The notes under the pieces are model-generated. The model ran no database searches. It was given only the letters and a program-made list of their open reading frames with translations, and was not told the origin of the DNA. A stretch of DNA of 17,076 bases from Trichormus sp. ATA11-4-KO1 (GTDB lineage Bacteria; Cyanobacteriota; Cyanobacteriia; Cyanobacteriales; Nostocaceae), in NCBI GenBank assembly GCA_019358915.1, contig JAHHIM010000057.1, positions 1 to 17,076 of the forward strand. Reading direction: 5' to 3'. Of the stretch, positions 1 through 7,961 are shown one piece after another (positions within the stretch are counted from its first letter, which is position 1; every line of letters begins with the position of its first letter). Both the position numbers and the translations under genes were made by a program.

Positions 1-55
1 CAGTCATGCGCTTAAATTTTCTCGCAGTAAGCTGTTTAGCTTTCTCTATTTTCAC
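1..55 (-). CDS. IS5-family (ISL2-group) transposase N-terminus, partial
   Basis: GTG at 55 gives (M)KIEKAKQLTARKFKRMT, matching the typical ISL2-group start (..L...F[KR]R[LM]TG). Not in the ORF track because it is truncated by the window edge. Confidence 0.7.
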   Translation of the reverse strand, partial: MKIEKAKQLTARKFKRMT

Positions 56-126
56 TGTTCCTCAAATTCCTAATCGAAAATTGCCAAACTTTATACTATA
101 CCACAAAAAACTTTTGCAAGAGTTCT
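1..126 (-). mobile_element. Left end of an IS5-family (ISL2-group) insertion sequence, running off the window
   Basis: The minus strand reads AGAACTCTTGCAAAAGT, resembling terminal IRs of cyanobacterial ISL2-group elements. It is followed by RBS GAGGA and a GTG-started transposase-like N-terminus. Exact end uncertain by 1-3 bp. Confidence 0.75.
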
Positions 127-688
127 CTTGAAACACCAGAACTTCCGCCACCATGTCTACAGACCATTCGCCTTTTCTTAGTTTCTTAGGTTCACTAAGC
201 AAACTAATTTTTAGAATAGACTGAGTAGAACCATTAAAAACATCTGGAGGAGTCAGATTACCTATTTCGTGGAGAAAGGAAGCGCGAAAGTCTTCAGACA
301 GAGCAAATCCTGTAGCCCAGACTCTCGTAGTAATTTTGTTACTACCTGCTTGCACACCAGAATCTAATTTTAGTTTTTTAGTAGGATCTGCACTGTCATT
401 ATAATCATTACTTATTTGAGGTACTGTATTCCAACTCAGTAAGCCGAGCATGGTTTGCCCTACAAAATACTTGATTGCTTGAGGTGAGCGCTCATCATTA
501 CTTATAGAAGATACTCTGATAGATTCACCATCATTTAATTCTACTAGTGTCGGTGCTTTGGAATTAGCAATCGCTCCTATACGAGAAAAGTTCATTATTT
601 CTATTAACAGCAAAAGAGTAAGTAAGACTGCGTTACCCATTAAAAATATTGGGGTAAGATTTAGCTCTTTTTTTTCAAGTAATCGCAT
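62..688 (-). pseudogene. VirB8-like T4SS protein, C-terminally interrupted by the IS at ~126
   Basis: Single N-terminal TM segment followed by a soluble domain, coupled to the virB6-like gene by a TAATG overlap at 688. The last ~20 residues (NSCKSFLWYSIKFGNFRLGI) are read from IS DNA. Confidence 0.65.
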
Positions 689-1746
689 TATCTTCTTAAC
701 CCTACAGCAAATTTAACACTACTAGAGAAAGCCGTAAATACAGCCATTCCAGTCCCAGTACCTATTGCTACAGCAAGCAAAGGTGAAAGAATAGCTTGTA
801 TTAATTGCATTAACAAGGGATTAGTTGAAGGTGCATTAACAATTGCGCTTGCAGCCACCCCAACAATGATTGAATATGAAACTAATATTAATGTTAATCC
901 TAGCCATCCTGATATCCAAGCGTAGATGGGTTTTGCACCTACTGGTAATAAGCTAAGTACCAGAAATATTGGAGCTACATAGGCTGTTAACAAGAATGAT
1001 AACTGGACTATGTATTGAAACCCTGCTGACAACCCACTAAAAACGAGAAAAGAAAACCCTTGTACCACATTGTTAATTAATTCTCCAACTATCTCCTGGG
1101 GCTTCCAACTTCCAGACCCTGAACCTAAACCTTTTTTTTGTCTGATTTCTTGAGCTTCTTTTCTAGCTTGCTGAATTGTTTCATCAATACATTCTTGACG
1201 CGGTTTGGTTGGATTTCCTTGAGTGTCAAATCCTGATATTTCCAATTTATCGCACTTAGTAATAGCGGTTCGTGTAGCAAGTACAAACCCTTGATCTAAA
1301 TTCACAATCCGAATCGCATCCTTTAAATTAACTCCATTTCTAGTAATGGATAAAATTCGGCTATTTAAATCAACCGTCACATTCCTAAGACCCAATGTTG
1401 TATTGGACAGCATAATGCCATTATTGGAAAGCATTAAAATTACCAAAAGCGGAAAAATCATTTCATTTGCAACACCAGATGAAAAACCTTCTTCGCTAAA
1501 TTGTGAATACCAACCCAAAGACCAAAAGCTTACTAGAACTACTGCAATTAGCATGGCAACTGATACGACTGCTAGATAAACAGGACTTTGCCCAGTTGCT
1601 AAATCTTGCCAGTCTTGCTCAAAAGATTTGACAATCATGTCAGAGCCATTTATAGCAGCTTCTACGATTTCACCAGAAATTGTTGTTCCTGTATTTTGCC
1701 CCGGTTGTTGACCACTGGATTGAGCCAAAATCAGAGATATAATCAT
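688..1746 (-). CDS. VirB6/TrbL-like polytopic inner-membrane T4SS protein
   Basis: 352 aa with about 5-6 hydrophobic segments and a central soluble loop containing a Cys pair. Contains the VirB6-like APIFLVLSLLP motif and lies downstream of virB4. Confidence 0.75.
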   Translation of the reverse strand: MIISLILAQSSGQQPGQNTGTTISGEIVEAAINGSDMIVKSFEQDWQDLATGQSPVYLAVVSVAMLIAVVLVSFWSLGWYSQFSEEGFSSGVANEMIFPLLVILMLSNNGIMLSNTTLGLRNVTVDLNSRILSITRNGVNLKDAIRIVNLDQGFVLATRTAITKCDKLEISGFDTQGNPTKPRQECIDETIQQARKEAQEIRQKKGLGSGSGSWKPQEIVGELINNVVQGFSFLVFSGLSAGFQYIVQLSFLLTAYVAPIFLVLSLLPVGAKPIYAWISGWLGLTLILVSYSIIVGVAASAIVNAPSTNPLLMQLIQAILSPLLAVAIGTGTGMAVFTAFSSSVKFAVGLRR

Positions 1747-1753
1747 AATAAGT

Positions 1754-1788
1754 ATGGGTAATGGGTAATGGGTAATGGGTAATGGGAA
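1754..1788 (+). repeat. Heptamer tandem repeat (ATGGGTA)x4 + ATGGGAA; 3' arm of the four-helix-bundle cassette
   Basis: Read directly; STRR-type repeat of filamentous cyanobacteria. Confidence 0.95.
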
Positions 1789-1794
1789 AGGTGA

Positions 1795-2172
1795 TTATTT
1801 GAGAGATTGATTTATTGACTGGATTTGATTGGCTAGCATACGACTTAGCTCTACAGCCTGGTTATAAAGTTGCGTATAAATTGGTTGCTCTAAATAGCCA
1901 ACTTCTAATGCAACTCTTAAAAGACTACGAAGTTCTCCTGCTGAACCTTTAGGAATGTTGAGAAAGTGTACGTATTCTTTTCGAGAAGCTCTTTCAAATC
2001 CTTCTGCAATATTGCTTGGAACTGAAACTGAAGCGCGTTGCAATTGATCTCGTAAACCAAAATCTCTACTTAGTTTTCCATCTTTAGTTAACAGATATAT
2101 TTGTTTAACTAATTCAATTCCTTTCTGCCATACTCTTAAATCTTCAAAAGTCTCAATTTTCTTTTTTTCCAT
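1795..2172 (-). CDS. Four helix bundle protein (23S rRNA IVS protein-like / Avd-related fold)
   Basis: Family motifs FEDLRVWQK, FGLRDQLQRASVSVPSNIAEG and GSAGEL. The true start is probably the ATG at 2172 (MEKKKI, 125 aa); the longer 2223 start only translates the repeat arm. Confidence 0.92.
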   Translation of the reverse strand: MEKKKIETFEDLRVWQKGIELVKQIYLLTKDGKLSRDFGLRDQLQRASVSVPSNIAEGFERASRKEYVHFLNIPKGSAGELRSLLRVALEVGYLEQPIYTQLYNQAVELSRMLANQIQSINQSLK

Positions 2173-2173
2173 A

Positions 2174-2205
2174 CCTTTCCCCTTTCCCCTTTCCCCTTTC
2201 CCCTT
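2174..2205 (+). repeat. Heptamer tandem repeat (CCTTTCC)x4; 5' arm of the four-helix-bundle cassette
   Basis: Read directly; imperfectly complementary to the 1754-1792 arm. Confidence 0.95.
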
Positions 2206-2207
2206 AT

Positions 2208-2942
2208 TTATTGATTTTCCCAAAATGCATCTAAAGCAGCAGCCGACCTTAATATCTGTCTAGCTGTTGCTACTGCTTCAGCCTGCTCTTTTCTTGCTTG
2301 CTGATCCATGCGGCTGGAAATATCAGCTAAATTTATGTTTGCAGCAGCTAAAGCACGAGATTGTTTTTGTGCTTCAGCATGTATGGATTTTGTAATTATT
2401 GATCCTTGTAAATTTTGAAGAGCAATTTTTTTGAGGATATCTTGAGTAATGATATCATTTTGAGCAGCTACAGCATTATCTGAGGAAGTCGCTAAAGCTT
2501 CATTAGAAATTTCAGCTTCTTGAGCTTGGATTTTCTGACCTTCAACGCCTAAAGTTGATTGAGATTGACCACGAGTATACTTTTGATTCCAATCCCTTAC
2601 AGCGTTTTCAGCATGAGTCTGAGGATCTATTTCTAATAGGTCGCCTTCTTGTTTTGCAAACACTTCTTCAATTTTTTTGCCCGCTTTTAAAGGGTCTGGT
2701 ATTCCCAAATCTCCTACAGTAGATTGAATTGCTTTGTTTATTTCGTTGTTAAGGTCACCCCAAGCTTGGCTGAATTCATCCTTATAACCGTTTATGTACA
2801 CCTGCAAACTATTGTACATTTGCTCAAACTGAGTCAAGAAGGATTTAATTGTTCCATTAGTTTGAGCGTTAGCTGGTAAACTAGCTAAAGTCATATAAAA
2901 CGCCAAGCTAGAAATCAATATTGATTGTTTGAAAAGTTTCAT
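2208..2942 (-). CDS. Secreted helical T4SS component, VirB5/TrbJ-like by position
   Basis: Sec signal peptide ending LPANA-Q, Q/A-rich helical body, located between virB4 and the virB6-like gene. Confidence 0.6.
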   Translation of the reverse strand: MKLFKQSILISSLAFYMTLASLPANAQTNGTIKSFLTQFEQMYNSLQVYINGYKDEFSQAWGDLNNEINKAIQSTVGDLGIPDPLKAGKKIEEVFAKQEGDLLEIDPQTHAENAVRDWNQKYTRGQSQSTLGVEGQKIQAQEAEISNEALATSSDNAVAAQNDIITQDILKKIALQNLQGSIITKSIHAEAQKQSRALAAANINLADISSRMDQQARKEQAEAVATARQILRSAAALDAFWENQ

Positions 2943-3113
2943 ACAAAGTTTCCCAGGATACTACAAAAGCTTTAAATGAACAGTAAGAAGATACTAAACT
3001 AGAAGAACTTTATGAAAAAAGTGAAGGTTTAAAACCAAGTGGAATTGTGGGCGAAACAGTCCTTGTTTTCCCAGGTAGGTAGAAACCCCAACCCTAGTGT
3101 CGGGCTGTATTTA

Positions 3114-3176
3114 ATTTTGAATTTTGAATTTTGAATTTTGAATTTTGAATTTTGAATTTTGAATTTTGAATTTTGA
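3114..3176 (+). repeat. STRR heptamer (ATTTTGA)x9
   Basis: Nine perfect copies immediately downstream of the virB4 stop. Confidence 0.97.
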
Positions 3177-3182
3177 ATTGAT

Positions 3183-5924
3183 TCATAGTGGTTTACCTTG
3201 CCGAATACATTCGACATAATGCTTAGAAAATTCTGCTACCCATGTAAATTTATCGCTGTGAATTTTCTTAAATTTATCTCGTGTGGCTTGTTCTTCTCGG
3301 CTATTGGCAACTAAGGCAAGAAGGGGATAAGCCGGGTAATAACGACACCTAATGTATTTGTTGTTATAGTCCAGCAACCACAATGTATATAACTGTTGAA
3401 TGTTTGGGGTAAAAGTTTCGTTTTTGTCGATAATTTCTCTAGGGATGCCGAGTAAATCAGAAAAGCTTTTCGCAGCTCCTGGGACAATCCGACCAATCAA
3501 GCGTAAAGGCATATTCTGTAATATCTGCTCTCCTGCCTCTGATTTGGCAATAGAAATAACATCTTGAGCCGCTAGAATAATGCGACAACCGGATTTACGA
3601 GCAGTGGCGCACTTTCGACCCACTAGCCGAGATAAAGCCGGAAAGCGTAACAAAACACTGGCCTCATCCATAAAGAACACACTATTAGGTGAGGATAACG
3701 ATTGCCGTGATGCTGCAATATAGGCAGACATCCCAAATACCTCGGCATCTTTACCTGATTGCAAGTTAGTTAATGCAAATGTGATTAACTTACTGTCTGT
3801 TTCAAAGGTAGAAGGTTTGCAAATGGCATCACCTATCGAACTGGCTTTCCAGTACTGGAGTCGCAAGCGAATATAATTCAATGCTCTATCAACGTTTTCA
3901 TCTTCATAGCCTAAATCAATGCAGTCTGCGGAAAAGAACTGCTCCATATCAACTAGAGTAGGAGTGTTCGCCCAAGCCGCAGACCCCAGCCCCTCTTTTT
4001 TAGCCGACTCAAATCGTCGTTGAATGTCGGGATCTTCATAAAAAGCTTTTGTCCCCAAAGGTATAAGAGACTCGATTGTTTGAGCCAAAAAGCCATCAAA
4101 TGATTGTGAACCCAAAACCAACTGCAAGACTATGAGGTTTACATCGTTGCGATGCGCTTTTACTCTATCTTCTCTTTGCTCTAACGGGATTTTTGTCAAG
4201 TCTAATGGTTGTACAAGGTTGTTCGATTGCTTGGAAATATCAAAGTAGAAACCATTGTAGTAGGGCGTGAAATCTCCAAACGTACCTGAACCATCATCGT
4301 TAGGCAAGTCAATCATCAAAATTGACATACCCAAAGCCAAGCACTCAGCAATAATAGATGAGACTAAAACTGATTTGCCACTGCCAGTAGTACCAATAAC
4401 CATCATGTTTTTGGTTTTGGTCAAATCAATATTGACTGGCGAGTGTCCCTCGTCTGCTATGAGTTCAAACCCTTGTACATCTGCTCTGGCATTTTGTACA
4501 GCAGATGTTAAACCAATTACTTCACTGGCAAAAAATGTTACTCGTCGGTTGTAAGGGCTAGTTAGTTGTGGTTTTTGTTTTAGTAGCAACGTTTCTAGCC
4601 AAATCAACCAAGCATATTGAGTTTCACGGGTTAATTCTGCTGGTTGGTTGATATATCCAGAAATCAGTCTGCAAGCATCGTCAATTTCTTCTGGTGTATT
4701 GCGGTAAATTAAGACAACTAGCGCTACATTTTCCGGCACATCACCTGTGTAAAGTTGCTTTTGAGCATTTACAGACCATTCAGTGTTAATCTGCGATGCT
4801 ACGTCAATGGTTTTTTTGCTAGCACTGATCTCAGCGTTGCGCGATCGCCTGGTAATCATTTGCTGTGTTAGTCTCGTCAGCTTTTGATCCGCAGGGCTAA
4901 TCTCTGTGATTATCTCGATATCGTGAATCGTGTCACGGGCGAATATGTTCCACAAAAAACGGACTTGATTCGCTGTGCCAGCAAAAGCTTCTGGCTTTTG
5001 AGTCAGTGTCATTACCCCTACGTACTTTTTACCGTTGTTTGGAGTCGGCAGACATACCCACTGCCGATCTGCGTAGGGTATGCCATTGTTCAAAAGTACA
5101 GAGGTTGCATGAACCTGATCAATATGTTGCGAATCTTTTGGTTCAGTTTCGTTAAACTCTTCTCTCAAACCAGATTCATCAAAAACCAAAGTGTGAGGGA
5201 GTTTCACTAATTTGGCTCCCACGTTGTAAGTCAAGTCTTTCCAAAGTTGTTTTTCCGATTTGGGCGATGGGAATAAACCCATTTCTGATAATATCTGTTG
5301 ATGTCTGAGCGAAATGTTGATAGCTTTTTCTAGAATTTGAATAATCGCTTTTCTTGTTAGTTCAGTTGCACCTGTAGGCGTAAATCTACGTTGTAAGAAA
5401 TTGGACAGCTTAACTATAGCCCTGTCAACTGAATCGCCTGCCTCCGTTCCTCCTGGTCTAATGGTAAAAGTAGTATAAATATTGAGAGTGATATTTTTTC
5501 GTTGTTTTTCTCTCGTTAACTCTTGAATTCGGGCTAGTTGCCCCCAGTCTAGAAACTCGCTTTCATCATTAACAGGATTGTTTAAACGATGGCGAAAACG
5601 TTCAACAGCTTCCTCTTCATCACAGAGGGAACTCCACCGAAATGTGAATTTTTCACCAGGTGGTATTTCTTTGCATCCATTTTCAAAAGCACGAGATATT
5701 GCTTCTACTTGTTCGTCTGAATTGAATAAAGGGTGGAAGCCTGTACAGGCGTAGCCGAAAACCAATTGCAAGGTATTATTAGTATCGCCTACTTGCTTTT
5801 TACTGAGTAAATAAGCCCCAATGGTGTATCCTCCTTTTCTTAGCCTGACAAGCGTTGTCAGGTCTAATACATCCTCAAAAGGACTGAGTTTTTTACTTCT
5901 GTTTTTAGATGCTGTTTTCACCAT
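3183..5924 (-). CDS. virB4: VirB4-family conjugative T4SS ATPase (cyanobacterial MPF_C type)
   Basis: 913 aa with Walker A GTTGSGKS, Walker B FFMDEA and the ARKSG...LAAQD motif; preceded by small pilin-like and VirB3-like genes. Confidence 0.9.
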   Translation of the reverse strand: MVKTASKNRSKKLSPFEDVLDLTTLVRLRKGGYTIGAYLLSKKQVGDTNNTLQLVFGYACTGFHPLFNSDEQVEAISRAFENGCKEIPPGEKFTFRWSSLCDEEEAVERFRHRLNNPVNDESEFLDWGQLARIQELTREKQRKNITLNIYTTFTIRPGGTEAGDSVDRAIVKLSNFLQRRFTPTGATELTRKAIIQILEKAINISLRHQQILSEMGLFPSPKSEKQLWKDLTYNVGAKLVKLPHTLVFDESGLREEFNETEPKDSQHIDQVHATSVLLNNGIPYADRQWVCLPTPNNGKKYVGVMTLTQKPEAFAGTANQVRFLWNIFARDTIHDIEIITEISPADQKLTRLTQQMITRRSRNAEISASKKTIDVASQINTEWSVNAQKQLYTGDVPENVALVVLIYRNTPEEIDDACRLISGYINQPAELTRETQYAWLIWLETLLLKQKPQLTSPYNRRVTFFASEVIGLTSAVQNARADVQGFELIADEGHSPVNIDLTKTKNMMVIGTTGSGKSVLVSSIIAECLALGMSILMIDLPNDDGSGTFGDFTPYYNGFYFDISKQSNNLVQPLDLTKIPLEQREDRVKAHRNDVNLIVLQLVLGSQSFDGFLAQTIESLIPLGTKAFYEDPDIQRRFESAKKEGLGSAAWANTPTLVDMEQFFSADCIDLGYEDENVDRALNYIRLRLQYWKASSIGDAICKPSTFETDSKLITFALTNLQSGKDAEVFGMSAYIAASRQSLSSPNSVFFMDEASVLLRFPALSRLVGRKCATARKSGCRIILAAQDVISIAKSEAGEQILQNMPLRLIGRIVPGAAKSFSDLLGIPREIIDKNETFTPNIQQLYTLWLLDYNNKYIRCRYYPAYPLLALVANSREEQATRDKFKKIHSDKFTWVAEFSKHYVECIRQGKPL

Positions 5925-6250
5925 GATTTAGGAAGTTTTTTCAAACCTGCTTTTTTCTTCTCTTGTGGCGAAGAATACCGGACGTATCCACGTGTCCACG
6001 TGGGAACACCTGGGAAAATTTTTGACCAGAATAGATAGGGCTTGTTTCCAGATAAAATTATCGTCGTCGCACTAAACCAAAGACCAATTAGTATGCTCCA
6101 TATCATGCCTAAGCCAAACACAAAGGCAATGAAAAAACCTACTCCAAATGATACGAGAGAAACAGCAAATTGAAATCCTGTGAAAATTCCAATTGATGCA
6201 CTTTTACCTAGAGATTGGTTGACTGGTTTGATTGATTGTTTATCTTTCAT
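5918..6250 (-). CDS. VirB3-like small membrane protein
   Basis: 110 aa, two TM helices, VNQSLG N-terminal motif, overlaps the virB4 start. Confidence 0.7.
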   Translation of the reverse strand: MKDKQSIKPVNQSLGKSASIGIFTGFQFAVSLVSFGVGFFIAFVFGLGMIWSILIGLWFSATTIILSGNKPYLFWSKIFPGVPTWTRGYVRYSSPQEKKKAGLKKLPKSW

Positions 6251-6254
6251 ATGA

Positions 6255-6437
6255 AGAAGGTAGAAGGCAAGAGAAAGAGAGCAGAGAGCAGAAGGAGGGA
6301 AGTGTTTATAAAACTTTAGCTGTGGGTATAAAACCTACTAAAAGTGGCATAGAACAAAGGTTTATTTGTTGCAGTCCCACGCTTTTAAGTGTGGCTTTCT
6401 CCTACTTTCTGCCTTTTCTGAGTACTTCTGCCTTTGT
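6255..6437. mobile_element. Degenerate MITE-like element with inverted GAAGGCA-type heptamer arms
   Basis: Ends AGAAGGTAGAAGGC...CTTCTGCCTTTGT, flanked by TGA and TAA. Termini are nearly the same as those of the 12151-12399 element. It fills the whole virB2-virB3 intergenic space. Confidence 0.6.
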
Positions 6438-6901
6438 TAACAAGCCGATGTGATACCAGCAAACAGAATATTTTGGGCAATGAACAGTACAAGAGTCACA
6501 AAAAATATTCCTACTGGTTGTTGCACCATTTGTGTAACTTCTTGTCCTTCACCTAGAGCGTTAGCGACTTTCACACCAGATGCTACGAAATAAATAAATA
6601 GCATGACCGTGATTGCAGCATTGATGACTCCAGGTAGTGCATTGATCGCAGCATTACCCAAAGCTCCAGTAGTACCAAACATACATGTCAATGCTTGTTG
6701 GGCGGGGTCGAACAAACCAAATGCATGGGCTGGCATCATTGTCTGACCAGAGATAATCAAAGTCGTGCCAACAGCATAAATTTGATGCTGGTATTTACGA
6801 CCATACTTGGCTAAAATCTTAGCAACTTTCTGGCTATTAGATTTACGTTGTCTTGGTAAGCGTTCGTTGGAATTAATCAAAACAATGGCTCCTTTTTTCA
6901 T
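6437..6901 (-). CDS. VirB2/TrbC-like pilin precursor
   Basis: Long basic leader, PAHA-F cleavage-like site, two hydrophobic helices, first structural gene before virB3/virB4. Start may be the in-frame TTG at 6880 (SD AAAGGAG 8 nt upstream). Confidence 0.65.
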   Translation of the reverse strand: MKKGAIVLINSNERLPRQRKSNSQKVAKILAKYGRKYQHQIYAVGTTLIISGQTMMPAHAFGLFDPAQQALTCMFGTTGALGNAAINALPGVINAAITVMLFIYFVASGVKVANALGEGQEVTQMVQQPVGIFFVTLVLFIAQNILFAGITSAC

Positions 6902-6920
6902 CGTTCTTTATAGATAAGAA

Positions 6921-7193
6921 TCAACTTTTTGACGCTCTTTCTTGAAATACACTCTCTATATCAGCTAGTGTATGTTCCCTAGCTAGTGAGCGAATTTCTT
7001 GGAGTACTGGGATGTGACACTCGTATAGCTTTGCCATGCCTTTTAAACGTCCTGTCCTGGGATCGTTAAATTTTCGGAACTCTGGCACATACTTACGAGC
7101 AATATTCAAATATTCCTGTAGTTGCCTTGCTGAAACCTTTGGCCTCATCATTGCTGCAACTTGTGGTCTTGTTAATTCTCTGACTACCTCCAT
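6921..7193 (-). CDS. Small putative HTH (MerR-like) DNA-binding protein heading the tra operon
   Basis: LTRPQVAAMM..VSARQLQEYL pattern. Likely start is the ATG at 7193 with RBS GAGGA (90 aa); the ORF-track extension to 7301 runs through a structured leader. Confidence 0.55.
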   Translation of the reverse strand: MEVVRELTRPQVAAMMRPKVSARQLQEYLNIARKYVPEFRKFNDPRTGRLKGMAKLYECHIPVLQEIRSLAREHTLADIESVFQERASKS

Positions 7194-7250
7194 CTCATCC
7201 TCAGAACTTCTGATTTTCCTTGACTTGGCAATTAACCAAACAAATGATAA

Positions 7251-7333
7251 ATAATTCCAATACTTTTCTCCGCCGACGCGGGCAAGCAAAAGTGTATTCA
7301 TCCCTCTCTAAAGAGGGAAAGTGGGGGAATTAT
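7251..7333 (-). promoter_or_regulatory. Predicted three-way-junction structure in the tra operon leader
   Basis: Closing stem ATAATTCC/GGAATTAT, hairpin TCCCTCT/AGAGGGA, and a long imperfect stem AATAC-CTTTT..GCC / GGC..AAAAG-TATT. Confidence 0.5.
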
Positions 7334-7618
7334 GGTAATATGTCTCTGAAATCTTAAATCTTTGTTTGATCAACAACCAAAGTTAGTGACTGCACATACT
7401 TTTGGCGGTTATCTCAAGATTTACAGTTGCTCTCCAAACAGTTACTAAATGCTTTGTAGCATGACTCTAAACTAAATCTGCAAATGAAGGCAATACCAAT
7501 TCAATAGAACTTGATGTTTCTATGTATAAATTTACATTTAACCCCTATCTTTACGTAGTTGACTATTTAAATGCTTTATGCATTACTAACAATTTACACC
7601 TCTTTTCTCTACCCTCAG

Positions 7619-7664
7619 CCGTAGTTTACGGTGGTAAACGGCGGTAAACCGTGGTTTACCACGG
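7619..7664. repeat. Four phased 10-bp units with GTAAAC/GTTTAC cores; putative protein-binding array
   Basis: GTAGTTTACG GTGGTAAACG GCGGTAAACC GTGGTTTACC at 7621-7660; also forms the inverted repeat CCGTGGT-TT-ACCACGG. Confidence 0.7.
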
Positions 7665-7778
7665 ATGCTATAAGCTTTCTCTATCTCTAATCAGATTGAG
7701 CGAAATATTATCTATAGTTTGGTCGTTGTATACTCCGGTTTTTTGTTGCATACTGCTCTCATCGCGTTGGTAATTTCC

Positions 7779-7961
7779 ATGAGAGGCAACGACGGAAAAT
7801 TTACTAGTCAACCCGACAGTTTAGACCCGAAACCTGTTTGCGTTAAGCTGCCGACAGAAGTTCGCAAATGGCTCAGGGGTAAGGGCGCTGATTTTCATCG
7901 AGAATTATTAATCCAAGCTTGGGAGGAGGAATCACAGTCTTCCCCAAAACTTGTAGCCTGA
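7779..7961 (+). CDS. Small putative ribbon-helix-helix (CopG-like) protein
   Basis: 60 aa from the ATG at 7779; PVCVKLPTEVRKWL...FHRELLIQAW fits a beta-alpha-alpha pattern. Confidence 0.55.
   Translation: MRGNDGKFTSQPDSLDPKPVCVKLPTEVRKWLRGKGADFHRELLIQAWEEESQSSPKLVA

Noticed and set aside
1795..2172. Diversity-generating retroelement (Avd-like gene) or rRNA intervening sequence
   Set aside because: No reverse transcriptase, TR/VR pair or rRNA sequence is visible in the window.
2173..2223. N-terminal extension MGKSINKGKGERGKGKG of the four-helix protein
   Set aside because: It is translated repeat arm overlapping the upstream gene; the family-like sequence starts at MEKKK.
3029..3217. 62-aa ORF with IQNSKFK repeats
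   Set aside because: It is the translation of the ATTTTGA heptamer array and overlaps the end of virB4.
6232..6453. 73-aa + strand ORF, and similarly 12090-12317
   Set aside because: Both are largely translations of the repeat-armed elements.
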